A stretch of DNA of 25,982 nt from an uncultured Ruminococcus sp. (GTDB lineage Bacteria; Bacillota; Clostridia; Oscillospirales; Acutalibacteraceae). How positions within the stretch are numbered: the stretch's first letter is position 1; every line of letters starts with the position of its first letter. Made by a program: the position numbers and the translations under genes. Below the pieces are notes generated by a model. That model worked only from the letters and a program-made list of their open reading frames with translations. It was not told the origin of the DNA and made no database searches. The stretch is from NCBI GenBank assembly GCA_902766585.1, contig CACXDV010000148.1:1-25982 (forward strand), written 5' to 3'. This document shows positions 17,166 to 25,750 of the stretch, piece by piece.

Positions 17166-18674
17166 TTATTGAGGACAGTATTCCTTTTTTAAAAGCGCAC
17201 GGTCGATTTTTCCGTTGCTGTTATGCGGCATAGCAGCAAGCTTCTTATAAACCGCAGGCATCATATAATCGGGAACTCGCTTTTTGAGCGCTGATAAAAG
17301 CTCATCCTCTGAAAGCGAGCCTTCATAAACAATTATTATCTTATCATTTATTTTATCGAAAAGACAAGCACAGCTTTTCAGCCCCTCTTCCGCAAGAGCA
17401 GCGTTTTCTATTTCACCAAGCTCTATGCGGTAGCCCATGTGCTTTATCTGAAAATCCTTTCTTCCGCAGTAGAGCAATTCTCCGCGGTCATTGTACTTTA
17501 CAATGTCGCCTGTTTTATATACTATTTCCGGATATGCGCTTTGCAGCGGGTTAAGAACAAATGCCTCCGCTGTCTTTTCCGGATTATTATAATATCCAGC
17601 AGCAACAAACGGACCTCCGACATATAGCTCTCCCTCTTCTCCGGGCGCACATTCCTTTCCGTCCTCGGAAATGACCGCAACTGAGCAGTTATCACAGGCA
17701 GCTCCTATGGGCAGCGCTTCGCTGTCCTCAAAGCTTCGGTCAACTGTATAATAAGTACAAATATCGGTGGTCTCCGTGGGACCGAACAGATTTGCATACT
17801 TTACATCCGGATAATAGCTTATCCAGTAATTCAGCTTCTTTACAGGCATTACCTCTCCCGCAAAAAGAACTGTGCGGAGATATTCGGGCTTCATATATTT
17901 GAAAAGATCCATATTTGCCGCTATACAAAGTGCCGACGGAACCCAGTAAATAGTATTGACCTTTTTTTCATTCATATACTGAACAAGCTTTACAGGAAAT
18001 GCAAAATACTTCTTCGGTATTATTGCAAGCTGTGCCCCCGTCCTGAGTGAAGAATAAAAATCAGTTACCGACATACTGAAATAAAATGGAGTCTGGCTTC
18101 CGAATATAGTTTCACTTGTAATATCAAATGTATTTATAAACCAATCGGTATAGGAAAGTACATTTCCATGAGTTACTGCCGTTCCCTTCGGTACTCCTGT
18201 AGAACCAGAGGTAAACAGGCAATACAATAAATCAGTTGATGTCATTTTGCATTGAATTTCAGATAAAAGCTTATCATCTGCCTCAGCTGAAAGCGCTTCT
18301 GCAGAAGTAAGACTTAATCCTTCAAAACCGATATCATTCAGACTTTCTGAAAGTTCCTCCTCATATATTACCGCAAATGGCTTTACCGCTGCGAAAATTG
18401 ACTTAATTCTCTCGACCGGCATTGCTGTATCTATTACAACATAAAAATTTCCGCTGTATGCAGTTCCGAGCATTGCTGCCGCGCAAACCGGAGTCTTTTT
18501 CAGATAAAGCGCAACAGCGCCTTTTCTTTTTCCTGAAACGGCAAGAGACGTACCTATCCTTTTTGCACTGTCTCTCAGTTCGGTATAGCTTAGAGAGCTT
18601 ATCTCATCATTTACTGCTGTCTTATCGGGAAATGTATTTACTGTTTTTTCAAACGACTGTATTATTGTTTTCAT
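17166..18674 (-). CDS. Stand-alone NRPS-type adenylation enzyme (DltA-like, non-canonical pocket)
   Basis: YCLFTSGSTGVPKG, LFGPTETT, GELYVGG, YKTGD, GRKDFQIKHMGYRIELGEIE, NSNGKIDR; A4 motif reads FYFSMSV rather than FDxS. Confidence 0.92.
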   Translation of the reverse strand: MKTIIQSFEKTVNTFPDKTAVNDEISSLSYTELRDSAKRIGTSLAVSGKRKGAVALYLKKTPVCAAAMLGTAYSGNFYVVIDTAMPVERIKSIFAAVKPFAVIYEEELSESLNDIGFEGLSLTSAEALSAEADDKLLSEIQCKMTSTDLLYCLFTSGSTGVPKGTAVTHGNVLSYTDWFINTFDITSETIFGSQTPFYFSMSVTDFYSSLRTGAQLAIIPKKYFAFPVKLVQYMNEKKVNTIYWVPSALCIAANMDLFKYMKPEYLRTVLFAGEVMPVKKLNYWISYYPDVKYANLFGPTETTDICTYYTVDRSFEDSEALPIGAACDNCSVAVISEDGKECAPGEEGELYVGGPFVAAGYYNNPEKTAEAFVLNPLQSAYPEIVYKTGDIVKYNDRGELLYCGRKDFQIKHMGYRIELGEIENAALAEEGLKSCACLFDKINDKIIIVYEGSLSEDELLSALKKRVPDYMMPAVYKKLAAMPHNSNGKIDRALLKKEYCPQ

Positions 18675-18725
18675 ATAAGGTATTCCTCCTGATATAAAAA
18701 ATCTGTCACTGATAAGGCATTTTAT

Positions 18726-18734
18726 ATTATAACA
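18726..18734 (-). promoter_or_regulatory. Extended -10 promoter of the dlt-like operon
   Basis: TGtTATAAT on the minus strand, about 50 nt upstream of ATG 18674; -35 is poor. Confidence 0.55.
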
Positions 18735-18871
18735 TTTTTTCGGGAAATATTAAGGACTCTTACCGTATTTTTTCCCGTTTTCTGACATAAAAAATACACT
18801 TTTGTAGGATTATCGTAAAAAAATTCAAATATATCTTATATTTTATCTATTATTCATTTTTCTTTATCATC

Positions 18872-18903
18872 AAAAAAGCTGCTCCATATAAAAATGAAGC
18901 AGC
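18872..18903 (-). terminator. Rho-independent terminator after pflA
   Basis: Minus strand GCTGCTTCA-tttttata-TGGAGCAGC-TTTTTT. Confidence 0.85.
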
Positions 18904-18926
18904 CGGAATAGTTTATTATAATATTA

Positions 18927-19670
18927 TTATCTGACAAGTATTTCCTCAGCCTGTCTGACCTGTTCCTCGGTCGGAGTTGGTACATCTTCAAGCGTATAAG
19001 GAATATTCAGTTCCTTCCACTTAATAAGTCCGAGGGTATGATACGGAAGCACCTCTACCCTTTCAACAGTTTTCAGACTGTCAATAAATTCTCTCATCTT
19101 CAACAGGTCTTCTTTATCATCTGTTACTCCCGGAACAAGAACATGACGTATCCACATTTTCTTACCGTTATCGGAAAGCCAACGAGCCATTTTCAGAATA
19201 TTGGTATTGTCAACTCCGGTAAGCTCCCTATGTCCTCTCGGATCCATTTGCTTCAAATCAAGCAGCACAAGATCGGTAACGCTCATCAGTTCCTCAAAGC
19301 GCTCCATCCATTCCTTATCCTCAGAAAACGGCTGTCCTGCTGTATCAAGAGCTGTATGGATACCCTCTCTCTTTGCAAGGGCGAAAAGACTATATACAAA
19401 TTCCTTTTGAAGAAGGGGTTCTCCTCCGCTGACGGTTATCCCGCCGTTATTCTTCCAGTAGGTCTTATATCTTTTTGCTCTGTCAAACAATTCCCTTGCA
19501 GTCCATTCCTCTCCCTTATCGCTCCATGTATCGGGATTGTGACAAAAACGGCATCTCATTCTGCATCCGCTTAAAAATATTACATATCTTACGCCGGGAC
19601 CGTCTACAAGTCCGAAGGTCTCCAAAGCATGAACTCTTCCGATAATGTTTTCATCTGTTTCTGACAGCAT
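18927..19670 (-). CDS. pflA: Pyruvate formate-lyase activating enzyme (radical SAM)
   Basis: GRVHALETFGLVDGPGVRYVIFLSGCRMRCRFCHNPDTW (CxxxCxxC), GITVSGGEPLLQ, LPYHTLG. Start ATG 19670 with AGGAGG RBS (track start 19763 overlaps pflB). Confidence 0.96.
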   Translation of the reverse strand: MLSETDENIIGRVHALETFGLVDGPGVRYVIFLSGCRMRCRFCHNPDTWSDKGEEWTARELFDRAKRYKTYWKNNGGITVSGGEPLLQKEFVYSLFALAKREGIHTALDTAGQPFSEDKEWMERFEELMSVTDLVLLDLKQMDPRGHRELTGVDNTNILKMARWLSDNGKKMWIRHVLVPGVTDDKEDLLKMREFIDSLKTVERVEVLPYHTLGLIKWKELNIPYTLEDVPTPTEEQVRQAEEILVR

Positions 19671-19693
19671 GATGATCCTCCTATATACAGATA

Positions 19694-19724
19694 TTCCCTC
19701 CGATACATAAAGCAGCGAAGGGAA
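19694..19724 (-). other. Intergenic stem-loop between pflB and pflA without U tract
   Basis: Minus strand TTCCCTTCG...CGGAGGGAA 9-bp stem including one G-U pair. Confidence 0.45.
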
Positions 19725-19734
19725 CAGCATTTTA

Positions 19735-21993
19735 TTAAAGTGTCTTATGGCAGGTACGGGCAATTACATCAAGCTGCTGCTCTCTTGTAAGGTCAATAAA
19801 CTTAACAGCATATCCTGAAACACGGATAGTAAAGTTTGCATACTCTTCTTTCTCCGGATGCTCCATTGCATCGATCAGCTTTTCTGTACCAAATACATTT
19901 ACATTGAGGTGATGTGCGCCCTGGTCAAAATATCCGTCCATTACCTGAACAAGATTTGTAATGCGCTCCTCCATTGAATGTCCCAAAGCATCAGGACTGA
20001 TTGTCTGTGTATTTGAAATACCATCAAGCGCCCAGTGATAAGGAAGCTTTGCAACGGAATTAAGAGAAGCAAGAAGTCCGTTCTTTTCTGCACCGTAGCT
20101 GGGGTTAGCGCCCGGTGAAAGCGGTGCTCCGGCAGGTCTGCCGTCGGGCATATCCGATGTAGCCTTACCGTATACAACATTTGATGTGATAGTAAGAATA
20201 GATGTGGTAGGCTCGGAATTTCTGTAGGTATGGTGCTTCTTTATCTTATCGAGGAAGGTGCCGAGCAGCCATACTGCAATATCATCAGCGCGGTCATCGT
20301 CATTTCCGTAACGCGGGAAATCACCCTCTGCCTCAAAGTGAAGAACAAATCCGTCTGTATCGCGGATAGTTCTGACATGAGCATACTTTATTGCGCTGAG
20401 TGAGTCTACAACGTGTGAAAAACCTGCAATACCTGTTGCAAAGGTACGTCTTACATCAGTATCTATAAGTGCCATTTCGGCAGCCTCATAGTAGTATTTA
20501 TCATGCATATAATGGATGAGGTTGAGCGCGTTTACATATACCCCCGCAAGCCAATCCATCATCTTTTCAAATTTATCTATTACCTCATAATAATCAAGGT
20601 ATTCTGTGGTGATAGGTCTGAGCATGGGGCCGACCTGATCTCTGCTCTTTGCATCAACACCGCCGTTTATTGCATAAAGAAGACATTTTGCAAGATTTGC
20701 TCTTGCTCCGAAGAACTGCATCTCCTTGCCTGTCTGTGTTGCGGATACGCAGCAGCATATGGAGTAATCATCACCCCATACCGGCTTCATTACATCATCA
20801 TTTTCATACTGTACGGAGCTGGTCTCTATTGATACCCTTGAAGCATATCTCTTGAAATTATCGGGAAGTGCGGATGAGTAAAGAACTGTAAGATTAGGCT
20901 CGGGTGAAGGTCCCATATTCTCAAGCGTATGCAGGAAACGGAAATCGTTCTTTGTTACCATTGAACGTCCGTCAACGCCTATTCCGCCTACCTCAAGCGT
21001 TGCCCATACCGGATCGCCTGAGAAAAGCTGATTATATGAAGGGATACGCGCAAATTTTACAATACGGAACTTCATTACCATATGGTCAATAAGCTCCTGA
21101 GCTTCCTTCTCTGTAAGAATACCCCTGTCAAGATCTCTCTGTATATAAATATCAAGGAAGGTTGATACCCTGCCTACAGACATTGCTGCACCGTTCTGAG
21201 TCTTGATTGCAGCAAGGTATCCGAAATAAAGCCACTGAACTGCTTCTCTTGCATTCTTTGCGGGACCTGAAATGTCATAGCCGTAGATCTTTGCCATTTC
21301 CTTCATGCCCTTAAGAGCGCGTATCTGCTTTGCGATCTCTTCACGAAGTCTGATGACCTCGTCTGTCATTGTACCATCGCCACAGTTTGCAAGATCCTTC
21401 TGCTTCTTTTCAATAAGAAAATCTATTCCGTAAAGTGCAATTCTTCTGTAGTCACCGACAATTCTTCCTCTGCCGTAGGTGTCGGGAAGTCCTGTAATTA
21501 TTTTTGCATGGCGGACAGCCTTCATTTCGGGAGTATAAGCATCAAATACAGCCTGATTATGTGTGGTGAAATATTCGCTGAATATCCTGTGAAGCTCCTG
21601 ATCCGGCTCATATCCGTTGGTAGTGCAAGCCTGCTCTGCCATTTTGATACCGCCGTAGGGCATGAAAGCTCTCTTAAGAGGCAGATCCGTCTGCAGTCCT
21701 ACTACCTTCTCATACTCGGGATGATCTTCATCTATATATCCTGCACCGTATGCTGTAAGACCTGAAACAACCTTTGTTTCCATATCAAGAATACCGCCTT
21801 TGGCACGTTCAGCCTTCTGGAAACGCTGTACCCTATCCCACAGGTAATTTGTTGCCTCGGTCGGACCTTCAAGAAAGGATTCATTTCCGTCATAAGGACG
21901 ATAGTTCTTCTGAATAAAATCTCTGGTATTTACTTCTAATTTCCAGAGTCTTCCTTCAAAGCCTTCCCAAGCCTCTGCATTTTTAATATCCAT
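19735..21993 (-). CDS. pflB: Formate C-acetyltransferase (pyruvate formate-lyase)
   Basis: [44 protein letters not shown], active-site ICCCVS, glycyl radical motif TIRVSGYAV. Confidence 0.98.
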   Translation of the reverse strand: MDIKNAEAWEGFEGRLWKLEVNTRDFIQKNYRPYDGNESFLEGPTEATNYLWDRVQRFQKAERAKGGILDMETKVVSGLTAYGAGYIDEDHPEYEKVVGLQTDLPLKRAFMPYGGIKMAEQACTTNGYEPDQELHRIFSEYFTTHNQAVFDAYTPEMKAVRHAKIITGLPDTYGRGRIVGDYRRIALYGIDFLIEKKQKDLANCGDGTMTDEVIRLREEIAKQIRALKGMKEMAKIYGYDISGPAKNAREAVQWLYFGYLAAIKTQNGAAMSVGRVSTFLDIYIQRDLDRGILTEKEAQELIDHMVMKFRIVKFARIPSYNQLFSGDPVWATLEVGGIGVDGRSMVTKNDFRFLHTLENMGPSPEPNLTVLYSSALPDNFKRYASRVSIETSSVQYENDDVMKPVWGDDYSICCCVSATQTGKEMQFFGARANLAKCLLYAINGGVDAKSRDQVGPMLRPITTEYLDYYEVIDKFEKMMDWLAGVYVNALNLIHYMHDKYYYEAAEMALIDTDVRRTFATGIAGFSHVVDSLSAIKYAHVRTIRDTDGFVLHFEAEGDFPRYGNDDDRADDIAVWLLGTFLDKIKKHHTYRNSEPTTSILTITSNVVYGKATSDMPDGRPAGAPLSPGANPSYGAEKNGLLASLNSVAKLPYHWALDGISNTQTISPDALGHSMEERITNLVQVMDGYFDQGAHHLNVNVFGTEKLIDAMEHPEKEEYANFTIRVSGYAVKFIDLTREQQLDVIARTCHKTL

Positions 21994-22054
21994 TTAAAGC
22001 CTCTCCCCTCTGTAATGTCCTTGTTTTTATTACATATAATATAAGTCTAAATAA

Positions 22055-22083
22055 AATATATAGCTGTTTCCGACTTTTGTCAA
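22055..22083 (-). promoter_or_regulatory. sigmaA-type promoter for pflBA
   Basis: TTGACA (22083-22078), 17 bp, TATATT (22060-22055). Confidence 0.65.
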
Positions 22084-22184
22084 CCGTTTGGAGAATCTTT
22101 ACCGAATTATCGTGCAAACTACATAAAATTACCTATCAGGTTATATTTCTTTATGCTTTTATGGACAAGGCAATTTTCTCCAAA

Positions 22185-22200
22185 ACACAATATATTGTGT
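22185..22200. promoter_or_regulatory. Perfect 16-bp palindrome matching the NrdR-box consensus
   Basis: ACACAATATATTGTGT versus the established consensus acaCwAtATaTwGtgt. Confidence 0.5.
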
Positions 22201-22350
22201 ACCCTCTCTATTTCATGCAATATCTGTTGTGGTTGATGACAAAATCAACAAAAATTTGTCTCAGTTTGTCCGTAAAGTCTAAAAAGGGGAAATTATTTCT
22301 GCAAGCATCATTTTAATATGCTTTTTTGGGGTATTTTTTGTTCTTTTTGT

Positions 22351-22379
22351 TTGACAAAAAGCATCATCTCTGTTAGAAT
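22351..22379 (+). promoter_or_regulatory. Strong sigmaA promoter for DEAD-box helicase
   Basis: TTGACA, 17 bp, TAGAAT with extended TG (22371-72) and T-rich upstream tract. Confidence 0.8.
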
Positions 22380-22413
22380 AAATGAGTTATAAAAGGAAAA
22401 GTGAGGAAATCAA

Positions 22414-24141
22414 ATGATAAATAATTCCGTTTCCAACGGTTTCAGTGAGCTTTTACTTCCTGAGGGAATACAAAGGGCAATAAATGACCTCGGCTTTGAC
22501 GAGCCAACAGCAATACAGAAAAAGGCTATCCCCGCCATGAGAAGCGGCAAGGATATTATCGGCCGTTCACAGACAGGTACAGGCAAAACCGTTGCCTTCG
22601 CCGTACCTGCAATAGAAATGATTACGCATGAAAATGACAAAAGCCATGTGCTTGCAATTATCATGCTCCCGACAAGAGAGCTTGCAATACAATGCTGTGA
22701 AGAAATAAAAAAGCTGACAAAATACTGCGAGGGTATACGTCCTGTTGAGGTATACGGCGGTGCACCCATGGACAGACAGATAACACGTCTTAAAAGAGCA
22801 AATATCGTTATCGGTACTCCGGGCAGAATAATGGATCATATGAGAAGGCGTACCCTTAAGCTTGATCATGTGAAGCTTGCGGTTCTTGATGAGGCTGACG
22901 AAATGCTGAGCATGGGCTTTAAGGAGGATATGGAAACGATACTCAGGGAAACACCTTCCTCACGTCAGACCGTTCTCTTTTCCGCAACTATGCCGGATGC
23001 TATTCTTTCTATAACCGAGGAATTTCAGGATTCTCCAGTAATGATCGAAGCAGGAGATAAAAAAATCGCTCTGGACAACATCACACAATCCTATGTCAAT
23101 GTACCGATGGGCAGAAAAACTGATGCTCTTTGTCTTCTTCTGCATTATTATTCCCCATCGCTCTCTATTGTATTCTGCAATACTAAAAAAATGGCTGAGG
23201 AGCTTTCCCTCGCCCTTGTGAAAAACGGATTTAATGCCGAGGCTCTTCACGGAGACCTTAAACAGTCTCAGCGTACCGCAATTATGGATCGTTTCCGAAA
23301 CGGCGCTTTATCTGTTCTTGTTGCTACCGATGTAGCCGCAAGAGGTATTGATGTAAGTGATGTCGAATATGTTTTTAATTATGATATACCGCAGAATAAC
23401 GAATACTATGTTCACCGTATCGGCAGAACAGGCAGAATAGGCAAAAAGGGTGATTCTGTTACTATTTGCAGCGGTCACAGACAAGTTCTTTCACTTACGG
23501 AAATTGCCCGTATGACAGGCAGTACCCTTACAGAAATAAATGTACCGACCGCGGATGATATAAACTATCGTATAGCTGAAAGCAATATTTCCTCTGTCGA
23601 ACAAACTCTCAGCAAGCCTATCCCGGACAGGTACAGAAATATGGTCAATATGCTTTTAGCAAACGGTCATTCCCTTTTCGATATCGCCTGTGCTGCTCTG
23701 AGTATGAGCTTCTCCGAAAAGGAAATCAAGATACAGGATATTGTTTCAGAAAAAAAGCAAAGAAACCACAGCAACGGAGAATTTATCCGTATCATTCTTG
23801 ATATCGGCCGTTCAAGCAGAGTTGCTCCGAACCATCTTGTTGCTTCAATTACCGAAAGAAGCATTCTTCACGGCAGTGATATCGGTAAGATCGAAATTTT
23901 TGACGATCATTCGCTTGTTTCTATCCCCAAATCTTCGGCTGAGGATGTTCTCGACAGTATGTACGGTGCAAAGGTATGCGGCAGACCTGTAAAAACCGCT
24001 ATTTACGAAAAGCATGAGCCGAAAAGAAATAATCCCGCCCGCCGCGGCAGTTTAAAAAGGAATGACCGGGACAGATCGGACAAAAAGAAAAAGGATGCCC
24101 GCAAATCTTATAAAAAATCTTCCGGCCGTCACAGACAATAA
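22414..24141 (+). CDS. DEAD-box RNA helicase with DbpA-type C-terminal RNA-binding domain (CshA/DeaD-like)
   Basis: Q motif GFDEPTAIQ, QTGTGKT, PTRELA, TPGR, DEAD, SAT, HGDL.Q..R, TDVAARGID, HRIGRTGR; C-terminal IGKIEIFDDHSLV and basic tail. Confidence 0.96.
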   Translation: MINNSVSNGFSELLLPEGIQRAINDLGFDEPTAIQKKAIPAMRSGKDIIGRSQTGTGKTVAFAVPAIEMITHENDKSHVLAIIMLPTRELAIQCCEEIKKLTKYCEGIRPVEVYGGAPMDRQITRLKRANIVIGTPGRIMDHMRRRTLKLDHVKLAVLDEADEMLSMGFKEDMETILRETPSSRQTVLFSATMPDAILSITEEFQDSPVMIEAGDKKIALDNITQSYVNVPMGRKTDALCLLLHYYSPSLSIVFCNTKKMAEELSLALVKNGFNAEALHGDLKQSQRTAIMDRFRNGALSVLVATDVAARGIDVSDVEYVFNYDIPQNNEYYVHRIGRTGRIGKKGDSVTICSGHRQVLSLTEIARMTGSTLTEINVPTADDINYRIAESNISSVEQTLSKPIPDRYRNMVNMLLANGHSLFDIACAALSMSFSEKEIKIQDIVSEKKQRNHSNGEFIRIILDIGRSSRVAPNHLVASITERSILHGSDIGKIEIFDDHSLVSIPKSSAEDVLDSMYGAKVCGRPVKTAIYEKHEPKRNNPARRGSLKRNDRDRSDKKKKDARKSYKKSSGRHRQ

Positions 24142-24158
24142 ATCGAGGAGGTATCATT

Positions 24159-24791
24159 ATGAAAAAAATAACTCTTATTCTTTCAGCAGCATTATTGATC
24201 GCTGCTCTTGCAGGCTGCAGCGGAAAGAGCGAAGAAAGCAGTACCGGAAGCTCCGAGCAGGAAACCACATCTTCCGCTGTTTCCACGACCGAAAGCTCAC
24301 AGATCAGTATAAAGCGTCCGGCTGAATCATCTGTTGTCAGCCAGGTCAGTGAGGAAAGCCGTCTGCCCGAAAAAGTAACGGTCAAGGACAAGGATACTCT
24401 GAATTACAAGGACAGTGCATCAAATCTTAATGCAGATTTCCCAAAAGAGTTTGATACCGTAAGCAGCGAATATAAACCCTCAAAGGGAATTTATCTAAGT
24501 AATCCGGAGGGTACCGCTACACTGCAGATCGAGGCTGTAAAAAATCCCGGTATCTCAAGTACTGATCTTGTTGACTATCTCAAAAAGAAATATCCCTCTG
24601 CTGATGTTTCAATCGACAACAAGAAAAAAATCATCTGCAAGACTACCGTAAAAAACTCCAAAGGACAGACTGTTGCCTCTTACCTTAAAGCAGAAGTTAC
24701 AACAGAAGGTTATAATGAGATGATACTCTATTTTCAGCCGGAGGATAAAGCTGTTTATGAACAGGTTTTTAATAAAATAAACTTTGTATAA
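24159..24791 (+). CDS. Hypothetical lipoprotein with Ser/Thr/Glu-rich linker, possible PsbP-like domain
   Basis: MKK..signal with lipobox LAGC; SEESSTGSSEQETTSSAVSTTESS linker; GAGGAGGT RBS. Domain call is inference. Confidence 0.78.
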   Translation: MKKITLILSAALLIAALAGCSGKSEESSTGSSEQETTSSAVSTTESSQISIKRPAESSVVSQVSEESRLPEKVTVKDKDTLNYKDSASNLNADFPKEFDTVSSEYKPSKGIYLSNPEGTATLQIEAVKNPGISSTDLVDYLKKKYPSADVSIDNKKKIICKTTVKNSKGQTVASYLKAEVTTEGYNEMILYFQPEDKAVYEQVFNKINFV

Positions 24792-24797
24792 AAAATA

Positions 24798-24831
24798 AAG
24801 TCACCGATCTGCTGATGCATTTCGGTGACTT
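24798..24831. terminator. Bidirectional terminator between convergent lipoprotein and rluD
   Basis: AAGTCACCGA...TCGGTGACTT 10-bp stem, A-rich on the left and T-rich on the right. Confidence 0.8.
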
Positions 24832-25750
24832 ATTGTTTTTCTTCCAGACTTTTCAGGAATGATGTAAAATAATCAGGCAGCGGAGCGAATAATGTCAGTG
24901 TTTCCCCGCTTCTCGGATGTACAAATGAAATATAATATGCATGGAGGCACTGACCGTGAAGTGAGGTTATCACCTTTTTCGGACCGTAAACAGCATCTCC
25001 GGCAACAGGATGACCTATATATGACATATGCACCCTTATCTGATGTGTCCTGCCTGTTTCAAGCTTTAATTCAAGATGTGTAAATCCGTTATATCTCCCC
25101 AGCACTCTGTAATGTGTAACAGCGTTTCGGGAATTTTTTTCGGTAACTGCCATCTTTTTTCTATCTGTCGGATGACGTCCGATCGGTGCATTTACCGTTC
25201 CCTCGTCATCCTTAAAATTGCCGTATACTACCGCCTGATATTTTCTTGTAAAGCTATGCTCCTTTATCTGCTCCGCAAGCAAACGGTGAGAAAAATCATT
25301 TTTTGCTACGATAAGAAGTCCGCTGGTATCCTTGTCTATCCTATGAACTATCCCCGGTCTGAGTACGCCGTTTATTCCGGAAAGACTGTCCCCGCAATAA
25401 TATAACAATGCATTGACAAGAGTTCCGCTCGTGTTTCCCGCAGCAGGATGCACCACCATATCCTTTGGCTTATTTACAACAAGAAGATCATCATCCTCAT
25501 AAGCTATATCCAAGGGAATGTTTTCAGGCTCCGCATTCAATTCAACAGGATCGGGTACGATAACATCTATCATATCACCCTCACGAAGCTTATAATTCTT
25601 CTGTGCCGGTTTCCCGTTTACAGTAACACTCTCCCCTTCTAAAAGCCTCTGCACCGCTGACCGCGTCAGTTCTTCACAGCAGGAGGATATAAAGCTGTCT
25701 ATCCTTTTTCCTTTATCCTCAAAGGAGGCTGTAAGATTTATTTCATTCAT
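24830..25750 (-). CDS. rluD: RluA-family 23S rRNA pseudouridine synthase with S4 domain (RluD/YlyB)
   Basis: GKRIDSFI..LTRSAVQRLL (S4), VVNKPKDMVVHPA, GIVHRIDKDTSG, LETGRTHQIRVH. ATG 25750 has GAAGTGAT RBS and overlaps the lspA stop. Confidence 0.93.
   Translation of the reverse strand: MNEINLTASFEDKGKRIDSFISSCCEELTRSAVQRLLEGESVTVNGKPAQKNYKLREGDMIDVIVPDPVELNAEPENIPLDIAYEDDDLLVVNKPKDMVVHPAAGNTSGTLVNALLYYCGDSLSGINGVLRPGIVHRIDKDTSGLLIVAKNDFSHRLLAEQIKEHSFTRKYQAVVYGNFKDDEGTVNAPIGRHPTDRKKMAVTEKNSRNAVTHYRVLGRYNGFTHLELKLETGRTHQIRVHMSYIGHPVAGDAVYGPKKVITSLHGQCLHAYYISFVHPRSGETLTLFAPLPDYFTSFLKSLEEKQ

Noticed and set aside
14243-18674. Naming the cluster dltA/dltC/dltB/dltD
   Set aside because: Key DltA pocket residues (Asp, Cys) differ, no dltX is evident and gene order differs; symbols withheld.
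18741-18777. CGGGAAA...TTTCCCG inverted repeat over the -35 region of the dlt-like promoter
   Set aside because: Only 7 bp with a 23-nt spacer in AT-rich DNA; not distinguishable from chance without comparative data.
19038-21765. Multiple short ORFs overlapping pflA/pflB in other frames or on the opposite strand
   Set aside because: Shadow ORFs of highly conserved genes, with no independent signals.
22070-22260. Rex, FNR or CcpA (cre) sites upstream of pflB
   Set aside because: Best candidates have several mismatches or the wrong spacer (TTGAT-n6-ATCAA rather than n4).
22077-22316. 79-aa ORF in the pflB/helicase intergenic region
   Set aside because: TTG start with no RBS, overlaps promoter elements, composition not protein-like.
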